In this document: positions 39,856 to 48,635 of the stretch, piece after piece
Numbering within the stretch: the stretch's first letter is position 1
How the letters are laid out: each line of letters opens with the position of its first letter
From: an uncultured Acidobacteriota bacterium
GTDB taxonomy: Bacteria; Acidobacteriota; Blastocatellia; RBC074
Reading direction: 5' to 3'
DNA: 64,000 bases
Assembly (NCBI GenBank): GCA_963796275.1
Contig: CAWCKY010000006.1
Span: forward strand, 672,001 to 736,000
Notes under the pieces: model-generated
What the model was told of the DNA's origin: nothing
The model's database searches: none
Seen by the model: the letters and a program-made list of their open reading frames with translations, nothing else
Made by a program: the position numbers and the translations under genes

Positions 39856-42216
39856 GTGAGTAAATATGTAGTTCGCCATCCTTATCTGATCATCGCCGCC
39901 GTGATTCTTCTCACCGTTTTTTTCGGCGTAGAATTGCGGCGCGGGATAGTTCTCAATGTCTCGCCGCTCGGGTTCGTAAGGCAGGGGAGCCAGGAGAGAG
40001 TTGATTTTGCGGAGGCGCGTAAAATTTTCGGACCTGATGATTACCTCGTCCTTGCGGTCGTGGCCGATGATATTTTCTCCCCCGAAAATCTCGCGAAATT
40101 GCGCGACCTTCACGGAAACGTGGCGCGCACGGGCGGGATCACAGAAGTGCTCAGCTTGATCAACGTCCCTTACGCGCGCAGCGTTAATGGAGTGGTGGAG
40201 GTAGACAAGCTCATCCCGCCGGTGGGAGCAAACGATAGGCTCGTGGCAGAGGCCCGCGCCGTCGCCACGACCGATCGTCTTTACTCAGGTAATATTGTCT
40301 CCGAGGATGGGCGCACCGCTGCCTTGAACATCCTGCTTAACCCTGATTTTCCGACTCACAAGCGCCACGAAATTACCGGGCAGATATACAGGCTCGCGCG
40401 CAATGCCGGGTTTGAGGCGGTCTATTTTGCCGGCGATCCATTTACGCAGTGGCGCTGCACCGAAGCGATAAAGAGCGACCTGCTGCTATTTTTCCCCCTC
40501 ACTCTCGCCTTCATTGCTCTGCTCCTCTGGCTCTGCTTCCGTTCGTTTGTGGCTGTCGTCCTGCCGCTCGGCACAATCGCCATCGGGCTCCTCTGGTTGA
40601 TGGGGTTGATGGCTCTACTGCAGGCGCACTTCACCGTACTCGCATTGATGCTACCCACCCTGATGCTGGCGATCGGCTGTTCATACATGATCCACGTCAT
40701 TAATCAGGTCGGTATTGTGGAAGCGAGGGCGAATGAACTGGGGAATGGAGGAGCTACGGAGGCAAAGGGACAAGGGGGCAAGGGGTCGCTCCCTCCTGCT
40801 ACGTCCAGAGTTGAAGAGGCGATGCGGTTTATCACGCTGCCGGTCGTCGTTTCGGCGCTGACGATCATCGCGGGATTTCTGTCGCTGGCATTCACTCATA
40901 TACCGTCGATCCGCACGACCGCCATTTTTGCCGCGATCGGTGCGGCGTTCACGATGCTTCTATCGTTGACCTTCATTCCGGCGGTGCTTGTTCTGCTGCC
41001 ACGCCGGGCGGCGGCATTTCGTGTCGGACTGACGGGTAATATGTGCAAGCTCCTGGGGGAGACGGGCCGGTGGGCCACATCACATCAAACCGTACTCTAC
41101 ATTGCGACGGTCATCATCATAATCGCCAGCGTCGTCGGGATGACGCGCATTAATATCGATATTGATTACTTCCATTTCTTCAAACCCGCCTCGGAGACGA
41201 GCGTCGGTCTGGCTCAGATCAATCAGCGGTTATCGGGCGCCGTGTCATTCGAAATAATTGTCGAGGGGCAGCGCGCGGACGCAATGGAAGACCCGAGGGT
41301 GCTCGGGCGTATCGCGGAACTACAATCATTCGCCGAAAGCCAGCGAGGCATTGACGGGCAGGGAATAGACCGCACGATTTCGATCGTCGACTTCGTCAGG
41401 CATCTCAACCGGGCGTTTCATGACAACGATCCTCAGCATTACGCGATACCCGCCGATCAGAAAGTGGTGGCGGAGTTGCTCTCGGACCGCGATCAAATGC
41501 GTGGATTTCTCTCCCCGGACGGCCGCACGGCGCGCATCCTCATCCGATCGAACCTGACTGGATCGCACGCGATGGCTTACGTTGTTGCTGAAATAGAGAG
41601 GCGCGGAAGAGAGCTGTTGCCCGACTGCCGCGTGCTGGCTACCGGAACCTTCGTCCTCTTGAACAGCACTTCGGATGAGATCGCCGGCGAACAGTTGCAG
41701 AGCGTAACGATCGCCCTCATCGCGATCTATATCGTGTTATCCATACTATTCAGCTCATTGCGTGTGGGGCTGACGGCGATCGTGCCGAACCTGATTCCGG
41801 TGCTCTTCTTTTTCGGTTTCATGGGTTGGCGCGGAATACCTTTGAATCTGACGACGAGCCTCGTCGCGAGCGTGGTGCTCGGATTGGCGGTGGACAACTC
41901 GGTGCAATTCATCGTGCGGTTTTGCCGCGTCCAGGCCGAATCTGCAACACTGCGCGATGCCATCATCCAGAGCATGCGTTTGTCCGGCCGGCCGATTATT
42001 TATGCCAATGTCGCGCTGGCGGCTGCCTTCACAATATTTGCTCTCTCAAATTTCGAGCCCATCAGCACCTTCGGTTTGCTCTCGGCGGTGACGATTATCG
42101 GGTGTCTGGTCGAGGATTTGGTGCTATTGCCGGCTCGCCTGACGTCGCCGATCTTCATGACTATAAAAAAAAGCAGAGCGGCGCGCGAAATGACACCTCA
42201 TCGAGAAACTCAGTAA
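39856..42216 (+). CDS. MMPL/RND family transporter
   Basis: Two six-TM halves; FRSFVAVVLPL, LTIIAGFLSL, GLAVDNSVQF. Confidence 0.88.
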   Translation: MSKYVVRHPYLIIAAVILLTVFFGVELRRGIVLNVSPLGFVRQGSQERVDFAEARKIFGPDDYLVLAVVADDIFSPENLAKLRDLHGNVARTGGITEVLSLINVPYARSVNGVVEVDKLIPPVGANDRLVAEARAVATTDRLYSGNIVSEDGRTAALNILLNPDFPTHKRHEITGQIYRLARNAGFEAVYFAGDPFTQWRCTEAIKSDLLLFFPLTLAFIALLLWLCFRSFVAVVLPLGTIAIGLLWLMGLMALLQAHFTVLALMLPTLMLAIGCSYMIHVINQVGIVEARANELGNGGATEAKGQGGKGSLPPATSRVEEAMRFITLPVVVSALTIIAGFLSLAFTHIPSIRTTAIFAAIGAAFTMLLSLTFIPAVLVLLPRRAAAFRVGLTGNMCKLLGETGRWATSHQTVLYIATVIIIIASVVGMTRINIDIDYFHFFKPASETSVGLAQINQRLSGAVSFEIIVEGQRADAMEDPRVLGRIAELQSFAESQRGIDGQGIDRTISIVDFVRHLNRAFHDNDPQHYAIPADQKVVAELLSDRDQMRGFLSPDGRTARILIRSNLTGSHAMAYVVAEIERRGRELLPDCRVLATGTFVLLNSTSDEIAGEQLQSVTIALIAIYIVLSILFSSLRVGLTAIVPNLIPVLFFFGFMGWRGIPLNLTTSLVASVVLGLAVDNSVQFIVRFCRVQAESATLRDAIIQSMRLSGRPIIYANVALAAAFTIFALSNFEPISTFGLLSAVTIIGCLVEDLVLLPARLTSPIFMTIKKSRAAREMTPHRETQ

Positions 42217-42308
42217 TGGAAAACGGCTCGCCTGAAAGGCGGGGCGGGGAAAAACAGGGAAAAAAATAGCAATAGACTAAAGAAGATCTTTTATGCTTCT
42301 TTTATTAA

Positions 42309-43238
42309 TTATACCGTTTGTTTCCCATTAAAGTCGCTGACTTTATCAAATGTACGTACGACTTCAGCCATTTCGAATCTATTATTTATTTCGTGAGTGA
42401 CCTCCCACGCCTGACGATCGCGCAACAATGCCGATAACAGCATCGTGTGCAGGCCGTGGCCCGATCTGGAGGCTCGCACGTGGCCCAGAATCGGCATCCC
42501 GCACAGTGCCAAATCGCCGATGATATCCAGGATCTTGTGCCGCACAAATTCGTCAGCGAAACGCAGCGGCTCGCGATTCAAGACCCCGTCCCGCGTGAGA
42601 GCGATGGCGTTATCAAGCGAACCTCCGCGCGCCAGACCGTTCTGCTGCAATAACTCCACCTCTTCGACAAATCCGAAGGTCCGCGCCGGCGCCACCTCCG
42701 ATTGATAATTGCCGTTGATAAAAGCTATTTCGCGGCGCTGGAGCCCGATCAGCGGATGATTGAAATCGATCTCGCAGGTGATGCGGAATTCCTCGGCCGG
42801 CTCGATCGACATCCTGCGGTTCTTCTCACTCACTTCGACTCGTTTGAGAACCCGCAGGTATCCGCGCGGAGCCTCTAACTTAACGATTCCGGCACCTCTG
42901 ATTAACTCAACCCACCTCCGGCTGCTGCCATCGAGGATCGGTACTTCAAGAGAATCGACGTCGATTAGTGCATTATCTATGCCGCACCCCGAGAGCGCTG
43001 ACAGCAGATGCTCGACAGTCGAAATCATTACCCCCGATTTCATCAGCGTCGTGGCGTAGCTCACGTGCGCCACGTGCTCCGGTGCGGCGGGAATCTCGAA
43101 GTCGTTCAGATCGGTCCGGCGAAAAACGTATCCTGTGTATGCGGGCGCAGGCCTTACCGTGACTTTGACGGGAGAGTTTGAGTGAAGCCCAGTCCCGCTT
43201 GTACTGAAACTCTCGCCGATCGTGGTTTGCTTGCTCAA
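42309..43238 (-). CDS. lpxC: UDP-3-O-acyl-N-acetylglucosamine deacetylase
   Basis: GTGLHS, TVEHLLSAL, PILDGS, ARTFGF, RHKILDIIGDL, GH. Confidence 0.97.
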   Translation of the reverse strand: MSKQTTIGESFSTSGTGLHSNSPVKVTVRPAPAYTGYVFRRTDLNDFEIPAAPEHVAHVSYATTLMKSGVMISTVEHLLSALSGCGIDNALIDVDSLEVPILDGSSRRWVELIRGAGIVKLEAPRGYLRVLKRVEVSEKNRRMSIEPAEEFRITCEIDFNHPLIGLQRREIAFINGNYQSEVAPARTFGFVEEVELLQQNGLARGGSLDNAIALTRDGVLNREPLRFADEFVRHKILDIIGDLALCGMPILGHVRASRSGHGLHTMLLSALLRDRQAWEVTHEINNRFEMAEVVRTFDKVSDFNGKQTV

Positions 43239-43347
43239 TCGATTGAACCTCTGAAAAAAATTATCAATAAGGCGTATCTAATTCCTTAATGACCAGGAAT
43301 TCCTTATGACCAGGGCTCAGGGCGTGGGGCTTACTGTTTATCTTATG

Positions 43348-43363
43348 TGCAATATCCGAGCCA
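43348..43363 (-). promoter_or_regulatory. Sigma-54 promoter of lpxC
   Basis: Minus strand TGGCTCGGATATTGCA (GG-N10-GC), about 110 nt upstream of the start. Confidence 0.65.
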
Positions 43364-43471
43364 CCTCCCATTGAGACAATAAGTGCTTGTTACACAATGA
43401 TTATGATTATTGAGTTGCTAAGTGATGTGGTTCAGCGGCAACAAGGAGATCGGGGTATTGTTGCAAATCAG

Positions 43472-43508
43472 CAAAAATAGAGGCTGCGGATGGCGTCGAT
43501 CCGCAGCC
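43472..43508 (-). terminator. Intrinsic terminator after rpsU
   Basis: 10-bp stem GGCTGCGGAT/ATCCGCAGCC followed on the minus strand by TCTATTTTT. Confidence 0.6.
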
Positions 43509-43548
43509 GTGATTTGGGAAAAAATTGATTAAACGCAGGCGATTGTAA

Positions 43549-43746
43549 TCACTCAATCACTCGGCGGTATTTCTTGCGGTTGCGTTTACGTGCGAGCGCC
43601 GATTTGAGGCGGCGCTTTTCGCCAGGAGGAACATAGAAGGCGTGTCTCTTCACTTCGCGAATAATGTCTTCCTGTTGCACTTTACGCTTGAAGCGACGGA
43701 GAGCGCTTTCGAGCGTCTCGTTATCGCCAAGCTTGACTTCTGCCAC
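43549..43746 (-). CDS. rpsU: 30S ribosomal protein bS21
   Basis: ESALRRFKRKV..II.EVKRH.FY.PP. Confidence 0.95.
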   Translation of the reverse strand: MAEVKLGDNETLESALRRFKRKVQQEDIIREVKRHAFYVPPGEKRRLKSALARKRNRKKYRRVIE

Positions 43747-44022
43747 TCGGTAATCACCTGCCTTTCAATTACTGCAAAAGATATTCGCCTTGAGATGCTG
43801 ATGGGATTGGGATATGACGCCGTGAAGGGGTTGTCAGCAATCAAGAGAAGTACAAGAATAAACTTTCACCAGTGGTGGCTGCAAGTGGCGGGCGGGCTCC
43901 TTTCAAGTTTTTTTATTCAAGTGTAAATTTAGCGCTTCATTCAAGAAAAAGCGGCGAAGTGACTGGCGTGGAAAATTTCGCTGTGGGAAAACAATGAAGA
44001 GAAGTGGCGGCAGGAAAAATAG

Positions 44023-45291
44023 ATGAAGGTATTTGTCATCGGTTCGGGAGGACGCGAGCACGCGCTGGTGTGGGCGCTTCAACGCAGTCGGCAAGTGAAA
44101 CAGATTTATGCGGCGACAAGCAATGCGGGGGTGCAAAAACAGACGCTGCGAGCCGCTGTCGATCCGCAACAAACCGGCGCGTTCGCCGATTTCGCCGCGC
44201 GCGAAAAGATCGATCTCGTCGTCGTCGGTCCCGAACAGCCGCTCGTCGACGGCGTGGCTGATCTCTTATCAGACCGGGGAATAGCGGTGTTCGGGCCGTC
44301 CCGGGCAGCTTCCCGCCTGGAGGGCAGCAAAATATTCGCCAAAGAATTCATGTCGCGGCACGGCATACCGACGGCGCGATATCGCATCGTCGAGTCGCCG
44401 GAGGAAGGGCTTAAGACCATCAGCGACGGAACATTTCGGTTTCCCCTCGTGCTGAAGGCGGATGGGTTGGCGGCCGGCAAGGGCGTCATCATTGCCGAAG
44501 ATATAGAGCAGGCGCGGAGCGGGCTTCGGGAACTGCTGGTCGATCGTAAACTCGGCGATGCCGGCGCGCGCATCGTCATCGAAGAGCACCTGACGGGTCG
44601 CGAGCTCTCATATCTGGTCTTCAGCGACGGCGAGAGTTATGCTGCGATGCCGGTCGCGCAGGACCACAAACGGGCATTCGATGGGGATCGCGGCCCGAAT
44701 ACCGGAGGGATGGGGGCATTTTCGACTCCGCGCTTGCTCGATACCGGGCTCGAAATCCGCATCCGGCGCGAAATTGTCGAACCGACGCTGGGAGGCGCGC
44801 GAAGCTCGGGCTTCCCATTTCGCGGTGTGCTCTACTGCGGGCTGATGGTTACAGAAGATGGGCCGCGAGCGCTCGAATACAACGTGCGTTTCGGCGATCC
44901 GGAGACGCAGGCGATTTTGCGCAGGCTGGACGGCGATTTCGCCGAAATCGCCTGGAGCGTTGCGCGCGGAGAACTGCACCGCGTGAACCCGCGGTGGAGC
45001 GAGGAGTCGACGACCTGTGTGGTGATGGCTTCGGCGGGTTATCCCGGGGATTATCCGACAGGGAAGACCGTCACGGGGATCGATGATGCTGAAAAACTCG
45101 AAGGGGTCGTCGTCTTTCACGCGGGCACCAGGCTAACCGATACAGGCGCTGTCGAAACGGCCGGTGGGCGAGTGCTCGGCGTTACCGCGCGTGCGGCAAC
45201 GCTTGAACGGGCAACAGCACAAGTTTACGACGCCCTGAGTCGTATCCATTTCGATGGAATGTATTACAGGCGGGATATCGGAACAAAATAG
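44023..45291 (+). CDS. purD: Phosphoribosylamine--glycine ligase
   Basis: GSGGREHAL, KADGLAAGKGV, QDHKR, GPNTGGMG, EYNVRFGDPE. Confidence 0.97.
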   Translation: MKVFVIGSGGREHALVWALQRSRQVKQIYAATSNAGVQKQTLRAAVDPQQTGAFADFAAREKIDLVVVGPEQPLVDGVADLLSDRGIAVFGPSRAASRLEGSKIFAKEFMSRHGIPTARYRIVESPEEGLKTISDGTFRFPLVLKADGLAAGKGVIIAEDIEQARSGLRELLVDRKLGDAGARIVIEEHLTGRELSYLVFSDGESYAAMPVAQDHKRAFDGDRGPNTGGMGAFSTPRLLDTGLEIRIRREIVEPTLGGARSSGFPFRGVLYCGLMVTEDGPRALEYNVRFGDPETQAILRRLDGDFAEIAWSVARGELHRVNPRWSEESTTCVVMASAGYPGDYPTGKTVTGIDDAEKLEGVVVFHAGTRLTDTGAVETAGGRVLGVTARAATLERATAQVYDALSRIHFDGMYYRRDIGTK

Positions 45292-45502
45292 TTTTTAGTT
45301 TAGTTTTGCTACGGAAGACTATTGGTATTACGGTCGACTGAAAAACTGAAAACTAAAAACTGAGAACTGAATTGCTCAGCCTCTTCGCCGCGTTAGCGGC
45401 GAAGAGGCTGAGCAGTTACTTTAGTTTTTAGTTTTTAGTTGAGGTCTTGATCGGTAACTAAAAACTAAAAACTAAAAACTAATAACTAATAACTAATAAC
45501 TG
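45290..45502. repeat. Two inverted heptamer-array hairpins flanking a perfect 19-bp-stem palindrome (45373-45414)
   Basis: (AGTTTTT)n...(AAAAACT/AATAACT)n twice; TGCTCAGCCTCTTCGCCGC-GTTA-GCGGCGAAGAGGCTGAGCA. Confidence 0.85.
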
Positions 45503-45521
45503 ATTCCTAAGGAGAAATGAT

Positions 45522-46322
45522 ATGGCAACAAAACAGGCGGATGCCTCAATGATAACGCCGTCCCAGCCCTTCCGAATGCCTACACCGCCGGCTTTCGCGA
45601 ACGTTTCGGAGGAGCGGCTGCACCGCAAGCAGCGGATGGCGGCTGCATTCCGCCTCTTCGCAAAATTCGGTTTCGATGAAGGGGTTGCCGGTCACATCAC
45701 TGCTCGGGACCCCGAAAAACCCGATCATTTCTGGGTCAATCCGTTCGGGATGGACTTCAGCCGGATCCGCGTCTCCGATCTCATTCTCGTAAATCACAAA
45801 GGCGAGGTCGTCGAAGGCGATTGTCCCGTCAATACGGCTGCCTTTGCCATCCACTCGTCGGTCCATGCGGCGCGGCCCGATTGTGTCGCAGCGGCTCACG
45901 CGCACTCCATGTACGGAAAAGCCTGGTCTGCGCTCGGACGGCTGCTCGAGCCGATAACGCAGGACGCCTGCGCTTTCTATGAAGATCACTCTGTCTTCCA
46001 CGATTATACGGGTGTCGTCTACGATCCGGCGGAGGGACGGCGTATCGCAGATGCGCTCGGAGGCGGCAAAGCCGTCATATTGCGAAATCACGGATTGCTG
46101 ACGGTCGGTAAATCCGTCGACGAAGCGGCGTGGTGGTTCATCACGATGGAGCGCAGTTGTCACGCGCAACTCCTCGTTGAGGCTGCCGGCGAGCCCCAGC
46201 TGATCAGCCACGAAAACGCCAAGCTCACGTCTTTGCAAGTGGGATCGACCATCGCCGGCTGGTTCCAATTCCAACCGCTCTGGGATCGAATTACAAAGGA
46301 GCAACCGGATTTGTTCGAGTGA
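45522..46322 (+). CDS. Class II aldolase/adducin family protein
   Basis: AGHITARDP, FWVNPFG, AFAIHS, AHAHS, LRNHG. Confidence 0.9.
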   Translation: MATKQADASMITPSQPFRMPTPPAFANVSEERLHRKQRMAAAFRLFAKFGFDEGVAGHITARDPEKPDHFWVNPFGMDFSRIRVSDLILVNHKGEVVEGDCPVNTAAFAIHSSVHAARPDCVAAAHAHSMYGKAWSALGRLLEPITQDACAFYEDHSVFHDYTGVVYDPAEGRRIADALGGGKAVILRNHGLLTVGKSVDEAAWWFITMERSCHAQLLVEAAGEPQLISHENAKLTSLQVGSTIAGWFQFQPLWDRITKEQPDLFE

Positions 46323-47192
46323 TCAGGCGGCTTCTTTTATGACCACATCGCCCCCCGCCGTCTTTTTCGGCCAATCGATGAGACGGATATTTTTGGCGAG
46401 GCCCAGTTTTTTCAGCACCCAGATGCCGTACCAGTTGATGTCGACCTCGTACCAGACCAGACCGTGGCGCGCCGCGGCCGGGTGCGCGTGATGGTTGTTA
46501 TGCCAGCCCTCGCCGAAGCTTATCAGCGCGACCCACCAGTTGTTGCGCGAATCGTCGCGCGTCTCAAATCGCCGGCTTCCCCAGTAATGAGCGGCCGAAT
46601 TGACGAACCATGTCGCGTGCCACATAAAGACGATCCGTACGAAGACGCCCCATAAAACGAAGCTCCAGCCGCCGATCAGTAATAAAATGGCGCCCAGCGC
46701 AACCACGGTCATGAAATGCCAGCGCGATAGCCAGATATAAAATCGATCTTTCGCCAGGTCTGTCACGTAGCGTGTGAGATGTTCGACTTCGCGATGCAGC
46801 GAATCACCGTTGAGCATCCAACCCATATGTGACCACCATAACCCGTCGCGCGGCGTATGCGGGTCGCCCTCCCGCTCCGTGTGCGCGTGATGAAGCCGGT
46901 GCATCGCAACCCAGGCGATCGGACCGCCCTGAAGTGAGAGCGTGCCACAGATCGCCAGAAAATATTCGAGCCATTTGGGAGTCTTCATACCTCGATGTGT
47001 CAGGAGTCTATGATAGCCGATGCCTATCCCCAGGCTTCCTCCGATCCACATTATGAAGATCGCTGTGGCCAGTGCCGTCCAACTGAAATTGAAAAGCGCG
47101 ATGACGGCACACGCGTGAAAGATGAACATGAAGATCATTGAAGACCAGTTGATCCCTCCACTGCGATGTTTAAAGGTATCTTCGTTTTGCAT
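46323..47192 (-). CDS. Delta-9 acyl-CoA/acyl-lipid fatty-acid desaturase
   Basis: His boxes [20 protein letters not shown]. Confidence 0.93.
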   Translation of the reverse strand: MQNEDTFKHRSGGINWSSMIFMFIFHACAVIALFNFSWTALATAIFIMWIGGSLGIGIGYHRLLTHRGMKTPKWLEYFLAICGTLSLQGGPIAWVAMHRLHHAHTEREGDPHTPRDGLWWSHMGWMLNGDSLHREVEHLTRYVTDLAKDRFYIWLSRWHFMTVVALGAILLLIGGWSFVLWGVFVRIVFMWHATWFVNSAAHYWGSRRFETRDDSRNNWWVALISFGEGWHNNHHAHPAAARHGLVWYEVDINWYGIWVLKKLGLAKNIRLIDWPKKTAGGDVVIKEAA

Positions 47193-47665
47193 TCTTCTCC
47201 TCAGGTAATGGTTTTCTGTCGGTTAGATCGGATAGCTTACCCCGGCAACTGAAAACCATTTTTTGTTTCGAGCGTTTCAAGCGCGCCACACGAGCGACAT
47301 GAGTTTTCTGAATTTAGACACTAATGCTCGGGATTTTTGCGATTTGAGCTGAATCTTAACAACCCCGTAAATCCTGTCTAAAGTTAATCGTTGATAATTT
47401 CGTCTTTAGTTCTTTCGAAATAGAGGGAGATAGAATCCTAACAGGCTATGGGAATTTTGTGTGTAATAGTTGTGTAATCTTTGTCATTGTGGATATCCAC
47501 AGACGAATGACGCGGTAACCCTGTAATCAAGCAGAAGGAAGACGCCTCACGCAGCTAAATTAAAGATGGGAAGATACGGATAAATCATTTGCCTCCGCAC
47601 TGTTATGGCTTCTAGTATAGGCGGGCCATCGCAGCGGACCGGTTAAGTCAATGTAATACTTTCTG

Positions 47666-48571
47666 GTGAATTCAGTGAAGGGACGCGAAAAGCAAAATAA
47701 AAAGTTTCAAAAATTACGTGATAAATACTTTTGTAACATATTACATGAATCTCACATTCACTCGATCAGAGGATTCGGAACGCTATCCATAGCTCTCAGC
47801 ATTATTCTATTCAGCACATTCATGTCTGGTTGTTGGAAATCGTCCGAGGCCAGGATTGAGAAGATAAAAAAAAATACCTCATCCCTGGCAAGTTCTGACG
47901 GTGATAGCGATGGGATTCCCGATGCGGCGGAGTTGCTCACATATGACGATCGCGCGAGTTTCCGGAGCTGGTTCACCAGCATCGCCGAAATGCAATTTTA
48001 CCAAGTGAGCGATGCATGGACCGAAGAACAGCGCGATTGCGCCGGTCTGGTAAGATTCGCCTGGCGCGAGGCATTACGGCGGCACGACAGGCTCTGGTTT
48101 CAGGCGATGGGTGAAGGTTATGAAGCTGTCGCGCCCGATGTGCGCGCTTACACGCTCGACCGCTGCCCGCTCGGCGAAAAACTATTTCGCATCGATTTCG
48201 GATCATATGCGGAGAACGATACGAGATTCTCCGAGTTCGCCGACGCTCGCACGCTGAAAAACCATAACACCGTATTTATCGGCCGTGATCCTCGGAGAGC
48301 GCAGACCGGTGATCTGCTCTTCTTTCATCAACCGTGGGTGCAGAAGTTCCCCTATCACGTCATGATCTATCTGGGGGCTGCGCGCCATGCATCTGAGGGC
48401 GCTACCGATTGGATCGTCTATCACACCGGTTCCTCAAACACGCCTGGAGACGAAGGGGAGGTGAAGAAGGTGAGACTTTCCGCGTTAAATCGCCATCCTG
48501 ACAAACGTTGGAGGCCGGTTGAAAAAAATCGCAACTTCCTGGGTATCTATCGCCTCAAGATTTTGGAGTGA
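47666..48571 (+). CDS. DUF1175 (YfaT-like) protein; start uncertain
   Basis: QRDCAGLVRFA, GDLLFF, HVMI, YHTG, W.P...N.NFLGIYRL; lies upstream of alpha-2-macroglobulin. Confidence 0.8.
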   Translation: MNSVKGREKQNKKFQKLRDKYFCNILHESHIHSIRGFGTLSIALSIILFSTFMSGCWKSSEARIEKIKKNTSSLASSDGDSDGIPDAAELLTYDDRASFRSWFTSIAEMQFYQVSDAWTEEQRDCAGLVRFAWREALRRHDRLWFQAMGEGYEAVAPDVRAYTLDRCPLGEKLFRIDFGSYAENDTRFSEFADARTLKNHNTVFIGRDPRRAQTGDLLFFHQPWVQKFPYHVMIYLGAARHASEGATDWIVYHTGSSNTPGDEGEVKKVRLSALNRHPDKRWRPVEKNRNFLGIYRLKILE

Positions 48572-48635
48572 ATAATGAACTGCAACTGTCTATTGCTCAA
48601 TTTCCAAGTGAGGCTTCGCAAGGAGGGAATCAAAC

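Noticed and set aside
45546-46304. Long antisense ORFs (also 59846-60733, 61978-63066, 30557-31426, 19188-19928, 63269-63985)
   Set aside because: Shadow frames of well-supported genes in GC-rich DNA; no recognisable motifs
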